Below, in pieces: positions 26,524 to 39,117 of a stretch of DNA of 64,000 bases. The position numbers were made by a program, and so were the translations under genes. The stretch's first letter is position 1. The number at the start of each line of letters is the position of its first letter. This DNA is from Azolla caroliniana (taxonomy: Eukaryota > Plantae > Polypodiophyta): the NCBI GenBank assembly GCA_043228905.1, contig JBHGNT010000021.1:10106001-10170000 (forward strand). Reading direction: 5' to 3'. The notes under the pieces are model-generated. The model was not told the origin of the DNA and did not search any database. It saw nothing but the letters and a program-made list of their open reading frames with translations.

Positions 26524-27289
26524 TAAGTGGTCTAATATATTCTCGTGGTTCTTAATCACCTCTTCAAGCACTTAATGTTGATCTTCATAGTTTGGTTCAT
26601 CTACAACAGAGAAACATTTATGTCGAACTAAGGATGACAACATGAGCATAAGTTAGGTGATAAGGAAACTTGCAAGAACTCAAGGTGGGGATATTAAACC
26701 TTGATGCATTTGTCATTCACATTAGTGAGGTGGATATCATTGTGTATGACTTTACACTGACAATAGTTGGATATTTAAGGATGACAACGATAGACATAAT
26801 AAAAGAGATATTACCAAGTCTAGAAGATATCTCAGATTTAAGGCGAACAAGATTTTGTGCAAACAATTTGGAGATACCATTTGGTGAAGACAATGATTTG
26901 ATTGGTACATTTGAAAATGACAAGGAAGAGTCACAATTGTATGTTATAGTAGTGTTTCTCATGAAAGGAATGATGATAGTGATGCAAATAACTCCTATAT
27001 GTATTTTTTGCGCAACGATATGTAACAAATTTAGACAACATTTTATCGAATGAAATAAAAAAGTTGGCATTTTTCAATTTTACCAAATGGTGAAAATTTT
27101 AGATTTTTCATTAAGTTTTCGAGAATATGTGATATTGGTATCGAGATGTTTTGTGAAATGGCCAAAAAAGCCCCAAAATCAGTCGGAATATTCCTTACCT
27201 TCCATTTGTGCGTGATCCTTCCACTTGTGAACGCGAATGTGTTACTATTCTCTTATTTGTATTATATGATGCCAATTTGCATTTGGTTT

Positions 27290-27815
27290 AGAACTAGTGT
27301 AGGCCACAATTCATACTTCAAGTTAGGAAAACAATGGGTTAGTACTAGTGTCTCTCCAACAACTAATATGTGGAACCCTATTTATGTGGTTTCGTATTGG
27401 TGCATTCATCACAACTCATTCCGCAAATTGGTGTGCAGTTGTTGTAGTACTAGACATGCTACTTTGACTTAGCCACATTCTATACTTGACAGTGTTAGTA
27501 CTAACGTAGTGCAGACTTCATTCTGCAAACACGGTTAACAGTTGGTTTAGTACTGTAATATGTAGTATATTAGTCATGGGCTTGTACTAGTTTAGTGCAG
27601 ACATCATTTAGTACTAGAATCCTTTTCCCTTAAAGTCTGGCATAGTTCACACTTCATTTTAAAACCGGTGTGCAATGCATTGTGGAAATTTAGCACTACA
27701 GAATCTTTACTTTACAAATCACTCTTTGTCATTCGTACTGTTAGTACTAACGACAACTAATTACATTGTATTCCTAGTTGTTCAGTTGTTTCAGACTTGA
27801 TGCTTTAGTACTGAA
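27290..27815. repeat. Loose array of TAGTACTA/ACTAGT palindromes
   Basis: About nine copies of TAGTACT or ACTAGT in about 520 bp, downstream of the second RING gene once the TIR element is removed. Confidence 0.6.
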
Positions 27816-28986
27816 GTGGGGAGTTGTTTAGTTGGGGTTTGTGGTCTCAAAGTCAGATCTTTCTCTGTTCATCCGAAACAGTCTGAACGGTCCGGTATGT
27901 ATCTTGTTATATGTAGATGATCTAGTCATCACTGGCCCCGACATCACTGAAATCGGTCGAGTGAAGTCCCAACTATTGAACGCATTCGACATGAAGGACC
28001 TTGGGGACCTTCATTACTTCCTCGGGATCGAAGTGATACATACCCCCGACGACATATTGTTATCTCAAGAACATTATGTATGAAAATGCTATACAAATTC
28101 AACATGATGGATTGCCGACCAATCTCCACACCCCTGGATCGGAATTTAAAGCTTCGTCCCAACTCGAGACCGGCCTACATTGAGAAACGGTTTCGACAAA
28201 TTGTCAGAAGCCTTATTTATTTGATGATCACCCGATCAAACCTCAACTATCCGGTGTGATGTTGATCACGGCGTAAGCATGCAACGGAAAAAGAAAATGC
28301 AAATCTAGGAAGTAAGCATTGGGCTTCTTGTCAAAGAAAGAGAAGAAACGTAAATATCTTGTATTGATATTTCTAAGATGATTACAATAGTATTTTTTGC
28401 TTATCTCATTACAATAGTATTTGACATCTATTATTATTCCCCCCCTGGATAAGGTTACTCTTCCCCTTTTTATACATGAGGAAGGTGAGTGCATGAGTGC
28501 CAAGTGTCACCCATGCATGAAAAATTGGGTTTATGAATGGCAAGTGTTACCCATGTATTAGGAAGGTGGATGCATGAGTGCCAAGTGTCGCCCAAGCATA
28601 AGAGGCACCTACATTAGTGGGTAATAGCTTTAATAGCTAAAATACTTGATAAAAATGTACTTTGAATAAGTATTTAGCTTAATAAGTGGGTAATAGCTTT
28701 AATAGCTCAAATAGCTCAAATAACTTTAATACTATAATAGCTCTAATAGCTTTAATAGCTAAAATAGCTGATAGTGATAATAACAAGTGTGTTGATAATA
28801 AGTATTTTGCTTTAAAATATTTTACTCGATATTATGTTTTATTGTAGATTCAACTAGCTATTATCATCCTACGTCGAGTGTTCTTATCAAGTTATACATA
28901 GCTAAACAACCATTTACAAAGATTTGCATCAGTTTAGATAATTTCGTAGATGTTATTTTCTCATCGTGGCACGAAAACGTCACGAC

Positions 28987-29695
28987 TGTTAAATATAATC
29001 AATGATCAGCCTGAAGTTTTAAACCTATCCCCATATGTGCTCTTAGAGGGCACATTTTGTGATAGCACCCCAAATGAGGAGTGGCTAGTGTGCAACTCGA
29101 CCATATGGGTTGATAAGGTGTTAATCTAGGAAACCGTAGATGTGTAGGACACAATGTATTTAGGAAAGAACGAAATAGGTAATAGGATTGGCTAATCAAG
29201 TCAACTAGAATATTTTGTGGGCAAGTTACGATGTACTTAGTCTTGAAGTATGTGCCATTGACTTCAAGATAAGTACTATCTAGCAGTGGCCTATATCTAG
29301 GGAATTGGGTCATATTAAATGACAAGTCAGTTGACAGAAAAGGAATATCTCCACTACTATCAACTGACTTGCACATTTAATGTTATACTCAGACCAAACA
29401 TAGAATATAATCCACTTTCTTACACAGTGGTTGGATTGATCATCAATCCCCACTAATTTTGTAGTGAGCTAGTCTAGATCCCATCTAAGCTCTAAGGTGT
29501 GAGCACATGGGTGAATCACCATTGTGAGCTACTCTCATATGTAATAGAAGTTTTGTTTTCATATATCCATATCTATGGTTGTAATTCTATATACCTATCT
29601 AATCGATTCTCAATATTTCTAACATGGTATTAGAGCGAGGTTGATCTAGATTAGGCGTATACGGGTAGTTGTTGTCTATCAGCACAAAGAAATAG

Positions 29696-29750
<55 letters not shown>

Positions 29751-32121
29751 ATCAATGGCCTTGTCTAAGAATGTTGCAGCTGCTCCACTGCTCATTCGCC
29801 CACCTCCATTGTCTAATGGAAAGCTAGATGGAACCAACTACACTCTATGGAAGTTCAAAATGTCTACCATTTTGGACTCCTACGAGTTGTTGGAGACAAT
29901 CATGGGACCCACAGGAGGAGACCCTGAGCCCATGGCGACCTTTGACCCTGCACACCCTACCACATCAATCCCTCCAAATGCTGATCTACTTCGAGCCTAG
30001 AAGAGAAGGAATGTTGATGCATTGTGTACCATAGTCACTAGTGTATGTGACTCTGTACTGACATTAGTGCAACATACAACCAGGGCACATGAAGCTTGGA
30101 GCTTATTGGCCAGCCAGTATGAAACCAGAAATCATACAAGGATACAGAACCTCGAAAATCAGCTTGCTGTAGAGAAGCTCGCTGATGGAGAGAAAGTAGA
30201 ATCCTTTATAAAAAGGATTAAGGATCTTTAAGATCAGCTGGTGGCTGTTGAAGTAGCTGTTTCTCTCGAGGATATGGCTCGTCGGTGCATTCGAGTACTT
30301 CCTTTCAAGTATGATGCCGTTGTATGGTCTAAAAAAAAGTTCAGAAAAAAAGTCTGCAAGCTGAAGAAGGCGTTGTATGGTCTAAAGAAAGCACCAAGAG
30401 CTTGGAACAAGAGGATAGACAACTTCTTACGTTCAATCAACTTTAAGCAATGTGCTTCAAATGCAAGTATGTATTTCAAAATGAAGGATGGGAAACAAGT
30501 CATCATCATCATTTACGTGGATGATGTAGTACTTACTGGTGACCATGAAGAGTGTATTGGTCAAACACAAGAGTGTTTGAAAACTAAGTTTGAAATGACA
30601 GACCTTGGGATTCTACACTACTTCCTTGGAATTGAGGTTTGGCAAACCTCGGTTGGCATCTTCATGTCACAAAGAAAGTATGAAACAGAGATCTTGAAGA
30701 CCTTTGGAATGATGGATAGCAAGTCGATGTCGACTCTAATGGAGTCAAACTGCAAGAAGAAGACCCGTCACCAATGGTTGACATAAGGAAGTATAGCAGC
30801 TAGTAGGAAGTTTAATTTCCCTATGCAACACTAGGCCGGATATTTGTTTTGCAGTCAATGTGGTGAGTCGATTCAGCAACAAACCGAAGGAGACTCATTG
30901 GAAAGTTGCATTATGTGTATTAAAGTACATTGTGGGTACTTTAAATTACGGAATCTTCTACAAGCCAACAATTGACAAACTTAGTGGGTATTGCGACTCT
31001 GACTGGGCTGGAGATAGTGATTCCAGAAAATCAGTTTCTGGATATTGTTTTTCAATAGGCTCTGGAGTTGTTTCATGGAGTAGTAAAAAACAACCAACAA
31101 TGGCACTATCTTCAACGGAGGTAGAATACAAAGCAACATGCATAGCCGCATGTGAGGTAGTTTGGCTAAGAAGAATCCTTATGGATGTGGCAGTTCCAAT
31201 AAGGACGACAACGGTATTGAGGTGTGACAATCAGAGTTGCATGGCCATTGCCAAGAACCCCATATTTCATGCACGTACTAAACACATAGAGATTCAATAT
31301 CACTATGTGCGGGAGCTAATAAATGGTGAGCTTGTGGAGCTTGAGTATTGCTCGACATCAGAAAATGTTGCGGATATCTTCACAAAGGCGCTTGGAGCAG
31401 AACAACTACAACAACACCTTTGATGACTAGGAGTTGGACCAATACCAAGTGAACTCAATGGGTTGATCATTGAGGGGGCATGTTAAATATAATCAATGAT
31501 CAGCGTGAAGTTGTAAATCTATCCCCATATGTGCTCTTAGAGTGCACATTTTGTGATAGCGCCCCAAATGAGGATTGGCTAGTGTGCAACTCGACCGTAT
31601 GGGTTGATAAGGTGTTAATCTAGGAAACCATAGATGTGTAGGACACAATGTATTTAGGAAAGAGCGAAATAGGTAATAGGATTGGCTAATCAAGTCAACT
31701 AGAATATTTTGTGGGCAAGTTACGATGTACTTAGTCTTGAAATATGTGCCATTGACTTCAAGATAAGTACTATCTAGCACTGGTCTATATCTAGGGAATT
31801 GGGTCTTATTAAATGACAAGTTAGTTGACAGAAAAGGAATATCTCCATTGTAACTATCAACTGACTTGAACATTTAATGTTATACTTAGACCAAACATAG
31901 AATATAATCCACTTTCTTACACAGTGGTTGGATTGATCATCAATCCCTACTAATTTTGTAGTGAGTTGGTCCAGATCCCATCTACGCTCTAAGGTGTGAG
32001 TGCATGGGTGAACCACCATTGTGAGCTACTCTCATATGTAATAGAAGTTTTGTTTTCATATATCCATCTCTGTGGTTGTAACTCTATATACCTATCTAAT
32101 CGATTCTCAATATTTCTAACA
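28987..32121 (+). mobile_element. Ty1/copia H, internally deleted, two LTRs
   Basis: LTRs 28987-29624 and 31481-32121; PBS TGGTATTAGAGC at 29625; PPT about 31472; TSD ACGAC/ACGAT; gag joined directly to mid-RT at about 30320. Confidence 0.93.
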
Positions 32122-35100
32122 ACGATATCCTCCCCCTCTAGACCTGTGCATCCTTCGGCATGTGCCAACGAACATCTCCTTCTTCAGGTTCATGGATGTC
32201 ATCTTCGTTGAGGAAGTTAGCACTATGATCTTCCCTTAAAATTTAACTCATAAGACGCCATATCATGTCCGCATGAGTTAATTCGTAATTCTTCTTTATT
32301 TCTATCAGGCTCCTGCCTAACAGTAAGAAATTGAACACTCCTTTTACCATCGATACTTTGAATCCTAGCATATGTTGAGCCATCTTGAAGGACCTTCATC
32401 TCCATCCTAGAATATGTGATTTATGGTTGACCAAGCATCACTGGGTATGGCAAGGACTTTTGGATAAAGAAATGTTGTTCCATTGGCACATCTCCAATGG
32501 TAATGAGCCGATTTTACCCTCCACCCATGATTCGCTTCCATTGGCCATTTGCCTTTCTTGTAAATATCAAAAGAAACTAGATTAATTTCGGAGCCGTGGT
32601 CGATTAAGGCCACGATCGGATCTTCAAGGTTTTCAATCTTCACGGGTGTCTCAGTTGTTGCTCTTGCCCAATGTTTCTTAGCATAGTAGCTTATTTGCTC
32701 TTTGAGCTTCACTTCAAAAGTTGTCGTCACAATAGCTTGTGTACCAGCAATGGAAGAGCTTGGTTCACCTTTGATGAATTCCACCATTGATTTCTTCACT
32801 TCATTACCTTCAGTGGCTTCAATACTTTGCCATTTTCTTTTAATTCCATCTATTATTGCTTCATGAAATTCCTTTTTAACTATGCCCAAAAGTTCCCTCA
32901 AGGAAAGCTCCACTTTGCTATCTAAAATTCTTTCTTCCAATACTTTTTTTAAATCAGTTGAAGATTCAATATCAAATAATAATTTGAACGAGGGTCTCTT
33001 CTTATCCTTACCTTTTTCAATGTTAGGGCTTACCATTTTCGGACTTTCTGTCTCCCTCTTTTTGGCGCTTCTTAGCTCCCTCTTCTTGTTATCTTCATTT
33101 TCCGCCCATTTTTGTTTCTCTTCCATGATCACTTCATGGCCTTGGTTTGTTGCAACCTTCGCAAAAGCTAAGAGGCCATCCATTGGGTCTTCCCAACTAG
33201 ATTGCTTCGAACAGCGTCACCTCCAGACTTCAACTTTTCAAACTCAATTTTACCCTTTCTTGCAGCTTTCAAAATACACGGCCAAATTTCAGATTCAAAT
33301 CCTCCTTCACCAACATGAATGACTGTAGTCATTGGTTAATAGACAACTTGCGTCCTAGTTGTTTCCACATCTTCAATGATCCTTCTCATACCACCTCTTC
33401 TAAAGCTAGTTCAAAGAGGTAATTGACTTTCAAAAGAATGAATCTTACCATCTTTGAAGAATATCACCCCTTTGTCTATCGCTTCATGATAGTTATCACA
33501 CCCACCTCTTGAATGGTCGACAATATCACACCATATGCATCTGCTTTCATAATCTTTTTGGGGCTGCGAGGATTTTTCTTCTTGTAGCTTTGCAACATGT
33601 AATGAAAGATCTCTTATGTACCTTTGATAAGATCTTCCATCACTCTTTCATGTACCTTGGAAATAATTGACGAACTCCCAATATCTTCCCTGATTGTTGT
33701 CTTCACTTTATCTTTCATACCCCCGGCAGTCGAAAGAAATTCACACCATTGGGCTCTTTTGTTGATTCTATTGCAGGCTTCATGTACTCGATTCCAATCG
33801 GACACTAGACTAGTGGGTGTAGTCCAATCAGACACTAATTTTTCTCGATTCGGTCTGATGCCTTCAAGAATAATATGACCTTCTCCGGTTCCAAAGGAGT
33901 CCTTTCGGTCGTCGTTAATTGGTTATAACGAGCTTCAAACTCTTTGTTGAGTGACAAGCTCAACATTGAGTGTTGTTGAGAATCAAGCTCAACTTGGTCT
34001 AGTGTGTGAACTCACCTTGAGAGTGAAGAGACACTCCAACGGTCAAGAGTCACCATTATGTCACCACTTTGTATTCTAGCATTTAGTATGAGTCATAGAA
34101 TCATATTCTATGACACATAACTTATGAGCTTTCACATTCCCCATGCTCCATGAGCTTTGTAGTTAATGAAGAGAGAGGGTGACTACATAAAGCACCCTCC
34201 TCCCACCTTGTATAGTGTTAAGTCTTTCTCCTTTGTCAATATACGTTTACCTTGCGTATTCTCTCTCTCTCTCTCTCTTACACACACACATAACTCACAT
34301 CTCTTCCGTTTCACAAGAACCCATCTCTTGATTCTTTACATGGTATCAGAGCGATTTGGTAGCTCAATCTAGCCCATTCGCATCATTGTGATCGTGTGTT
34401 GTGCTCCACGCCGACGATCAAGAACCGGCTCATCGCTATCGTAGCTTCGCTACATAGCTCGCATTTGAAGAGAGAAGAAGAAGAAGAAGAATCGACATAA
34501 TGAATACTCAAATGGGGAGCGCTCTCCCTACCGAGAAGTTGGATCAAAACAACTTCGCATCTTGGGAGTACAAGATGCACTAATACCTTGTCGGACAAGG
34601 CTATTGGAGCTACATCAAAGGAGCGCATGAAGACCGACCCGCCAAAGCGGCTCCCGGATACGTGACATGGGAGCAAGCCGCAAGCCGCGTGATTTATTGT
34701 TTGGCGACGTGTGTTCACGATCACATGCTTGGCTACATTCGCGAAGCCAAGACGCCGAAGGAAGCGTGGGAAAATCTACGAAAGATTTTCACAGCCAACA
34801 CGACCGCAAGGAAGCTTCAACTCCACCAAGAGTTGAACAACATTCAACAAAGGGACATGTCCATCACGACATACACCTTGAAGATCAAGGAGCTTTGCGA
34901 CTCGCTCGGCTCAATAAGCGTAAGTATAGATGATGATGAGATGGTGCAAATATGCCTCAGCGGCCTCGCACCACGGTTCGGCGCGATGCGAACCGCCGTT
35001 CTAGCACGGGAGAAATCTCCCTCCTTCTTCGAGCTCCAATCAATGCTATTGGTCGAAGAAAACCACGTGCATACAAGGAGCAATGAGTTGGAAGGCCACA

Positions 35101-37981
35101 TGCTCTACACGCACTCTAATGGAGGAAGAGGACGCGGACGAGCGAGAGGCCGATTCGGCCAAGGACAAGGCGGACGAGGTCCGACCTAGAACAACAACTC
35201 CCAATTTCGGCCGCAAAACGGAGGCCAATGAGGAACATTCGCAAGAAGGGGGAGCTTCCAATCCGGCCTGAGCCGTCAAAACGCAACCGAATGCGGATAT
35301 TGCAGAAAGCTCGGCCACCACGAAGAAGAGTGCTGAAAGAAGATGCGTGAATCGGCTTCCACAAGTCGACAACTCACGAATTACGCACACAATTCCGACT
35401 ACGAAGAGTATAGCGGAATGTACGGGAACAACTCCGACTACGAAGATCGTGGCGGAATGTATGCATGGAACTCCGACCGTGGCGGAATGTTCATGATGAA
35501 ACATAGAGCAAACTCTATGTCGGCCTCTACCTCAACTAGTGCCCTCAATCCGGAGGATGTATGGTTTGTAGACTCCGGAGCCTCAAACCATATGACATCC
35601 CATAAAGAATGGTTTCTCGAACTTTGAGAGCCGGAGCGACCCGGTTATGTAGACACCGGAGATGACACTACATACCCGATTCGGCACATCAGCAATGTTC
35701 CGTTCGGCGAAAGAGGTAAGCAAACATACATTAAAAATGACTTGCATATTCCCACCATCACAAAGAATTTGGTCTCGGTCGGCCAAATGGTTGAGCAAGG
35801 GATGCAAGTACGATTCGACCAAGAAGGGTGCTTCATCGAAAAAGAAGGCCGAATCATCGCACGCGGAAGAAGAGAGGGTCGGATGTTCATTCTCGATTCG
35901 CACGAGATGAAATCCGCCATGTTCGCGAAAAGCACAAAAGCCGACTCCGACATAGAGCTATGGCATAAGCAAATCGGCCACATCAATCTCAACAAACTCA
36001 AAGCAATGAGATCGAAAGGAGTCGTTATCGGACTCCCGACATTCAAAGAGAAGGAGATTGAAGGTGTATGCGAAGCGTGCCAATTCGGCAAGCAACACCG
36101 ACACCCATTCCCGAAGGAGCGGAATGTGAGCAAAGGCGTACTCGACGTAATTCATTCCGATGTATGGGGTCCGGCCCAAACGGCGACATTCGGCGGATGC
36201 CGATATTACGTGCTCTTCATCGACGACTTTTCTAGGCACACTTGGATCTATCTGATGCGGCAAAAGAGCGAAGTGTTCGGACACTTCCAAAAGTTCAAGA
36301 ATGAAGTCGAGAAAGCCACGGGCCGACATCTACGATGCCTTCGATCGGATGGCGGCAAGGAGTACTTCTCGGATGATTTCATGGCGTATCTTCGAAAGGA
36401 AGGAATTCGGCGAGAATTCACTTGCCGACACACTCCGCAACAAAACGGAATAGCCGAGCGCAAAAATCAGCACATCCTCGAAGTAGCGCGGGCCATGATG
36501 AACGAGAAGCATATTGGGCCGAAGCGGCAAATACGGCCGTCTACCTAATGAACCAGTGCACAACATCCGGCGTGCACGAGGTCACTCCGCACGAAAGACT
36601 CTTCGGAAAGAAGCCGAACCTATCACATGTTCGGATATTCGGCTCCATTGCGTACGTGCACATCCCCGACGAGAAGCGTCAAAAGCTCGACCCGAAGTCC
36701 GAGAAATGTATCCTCGTAGGATACTCACTGGAGCAAAAGGGGTACAAGTGCTACAACCCCTCAACTCGAAAATCTCGGGTAAGTCGAGACGTCGTCTTTG
36801 ACGAGTCCGCATCCTGGTACGCACCAGAGACAACTTCGCCTCCGACTCCGCTCGACCCGGAATCCACCGAACAAGAGATAGAGGATGAAGATCATCTTAC
36901 GCGCATGTTCGAAGAAATTCCGATCACGACCCGACTGAGCGGACCACAAGAGCCTTTGAGCGATCAAAACACATCACGGCCTAGCCCGAAGATGGACAAA
37001 GGCAAGGCGAAAATGGCGGAATACGAAGACGATCGCTTCACCGACAATGAGTCAACTCACTCACTCGAAAGTGAGTTTGGTGGTTTCGAGGTACCAATCG
37101 GAGCAAAGAAAGCCCTCATCTCTGCAAATGAAAAGCTCCGTTGATCCACTCGTGAAAAGAACCCCGTAAGCCGATTCGGCTACAACGATTATATGGCGTA
37201 CCATTACGCCTTTATGATGAAGGTAACAACAGTACGGGATCCGGAAACCTTTTCCAAAGCCGCGAAGGACCCACGATGGATCGAAGCAATGACCGAGGAG
37301 ATGCAGGCACTACGGAAGAACGAGACATGGGATCTCGTTCCCACCTCACTGCACAAAAAGGCGATCGGATGCAGATGGATCTACAAAGTGAAGTACAACG
37401 CGGACGGTTCCGTCAACCACTACAAAGCTCAACTCGTAGCGAAATGATAAGCTCATACACATGGCGTCGACTACGAAGAAACCTTTGCCTTGGTGGCAAA
37501 GATGACGACGGTGCGGACCGTAATTGCGATTGTCGCGGCGAAAGGGTGGCACCTCCATCAGATGGACGTCAAGAACGCCTTTCTACAAGGCGAATTAGAA
37601 GAGGAGGTGTACATGATCCAACCACCCGGCTTCAACTCGAGCACCCATATGAAAGCTGTATGCCGACTCAAGAAGCCACTCTACGGCCTCAAGCAAGCAC
37701 CGCGTGCTTGGCATTCGAAGATAACGCAATATCTTCATCAAATCGGCTTCCGTATGTCAAAATCAGACAACTCCTTCTACATACGAAGCGATTCCGCAAA
37801 TCCGATCGTCATCATTTTATATGTGGATGACCTAATCATTGGAGGTGAGCATCTCGTCGAAATCAATAAGGTCAAATCCCTCCTTTCCGACAATTTTGAG
37901 ATGACGGACATGAAGGAGCTCCACTACTTCCTCCGCATCGAGGTAATTCGGACTCCGGCCGGAATCATGATCTCTCAACGG

Positions 37982-39117
37982 TGTCGTGAAGATCCGTCAC
38001 TACGTGCGGATCGTGAGGCGGAACCGCCGGGGTTCTGGACCGGAAAGATTCAAAGTCGGTACAAGCTTTGGCGCAAGCTTTAGCGAGAAAGTACTTAAGA
38101 TAGATTAGGAAAGAGAGAAGTTGAGATTAAACGATTGAGAGAGATTGATTGAACTTTTATCTTTGGATTTAAGAAACAAGCTACATGATCAATTTGATAA
38201 CGAATTTCTTCTTCTTAATTTCATAACAAAAAAAAACCGTTTTTTCTCCTCCCCCTACTTCCTTTTATAGATGCTCTCATGCATATGATGCATGTGAGGG
38301 TACAAGACATGCATAAAATGCATGCTTGCCATTTGGCGCTTATGTATTACATGTGGTGCATGATAACCATGTCACTCATTTTAGCTCTCATGTATGAGGA
38401 TTTACACGTAAAAGTATAATGATAGAAATATAAATTCAACTAAATGGTATGGCTTAATGGTAAGCCAATTGACTCCTAACTCGGAGGTGCAAGGTTCGAA
38501 TCCTTACTTGCCCTCCTTGTATATGTATATATGTATATATATTTATATATTTGTTTATCTAGTCACCGGACGCCGGTTCGCCGGATGCCATCACTGGATG
38601 CCATCGGATGCCGTCGGTTACCGGTGACGGATGTCGCCGCCTCGCCGTCGCCGGATATCGGTGCCACCGCCGGATTGCCGTCAGATGCCGGTGTCTCACT
38701 AGCGCCGAATCACCGGCTCCATCGCCAGTCCGGTTTTGGTTGGCCAAAACCCTTTACGAGTAGCTAGCCCACCTCCACTCTTAGTTCAAGTTACCTTGAA
38801 CTCTCTATGCTCCACACATAGACACAAAGATAATATCTTTTGCTCTACCTTATATATGATGAGAGCCATATTTGTCGTGCCTATGTGGGATATCTCACAA
38901 TTTTCTCTTTTCCTTTCACAAACTTTATACCCTCATATCTTGACATTTAGTTGTCCGTTTCTCGTGTAATAAAGTGCATTCGAAACCTCCATCATTTTGT
39001 ACTTAGATATTAAATTTATTTAAAATGTTATCTTCACAATTATTGTATTATGTGATTCATACTCGATTTTGTACGTTTTATGGGATTTTCACACTATTGC
39101 AGAAAATCTTCACGACA
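37982..39117. mobile_element. 1.1-kb solo LTR, 4-bp TSD
   Basis: 12-bp terminal inverted repeat TGTCGTGAAGAT/ATCTTCACGACA; TSD ACGG/ACGG. Confidence 0.88.
38444..38515 (+). other. tRNA-like sequence (Pol III A and B boxes) inside the solo LTR
   Basis: TGGCTTAATGGTAAGCC...GACTCCTAAC...GGAGGTGCAAGGTTCGAATCCTT; tRNA-like spacing but poor acceptor and anticodon stems. Confidence 0.6.

Larger units (their letters stand above)
23937..27243. mobile_element. Non-autonomous TIR DNA transposon with piggyBac-like termini
   Basis: About 35-bp TIR AACACATTCGCGTTCACAAGTGGAAGGATC(G/A)CGCA at both ends; flanking duplication ACT (or TACTA if the ends are 1 bp shorter); second copy at 12424. Confidence 0.85.

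Noticed and set aside
26670-27053. 127-aa ORF inside the TIR element as its transposase
   Set aside because: No DDE/DDD motifs recognisable; AT-rich and degenerate.
28999-31873. Duplicated 125/126-aa ORFs (likewise 53270/59833, 34166/40383, 49966/63218)
   Set aside because: They are duplicated only because they lie in paired LTRs; no recognisable protein motifs.
38444-38515. Functional tRNA-Arg(CCT) gene
   Set aside because: Acceptor and anticodon stems do not pair properly, and it lies inside an LTR.
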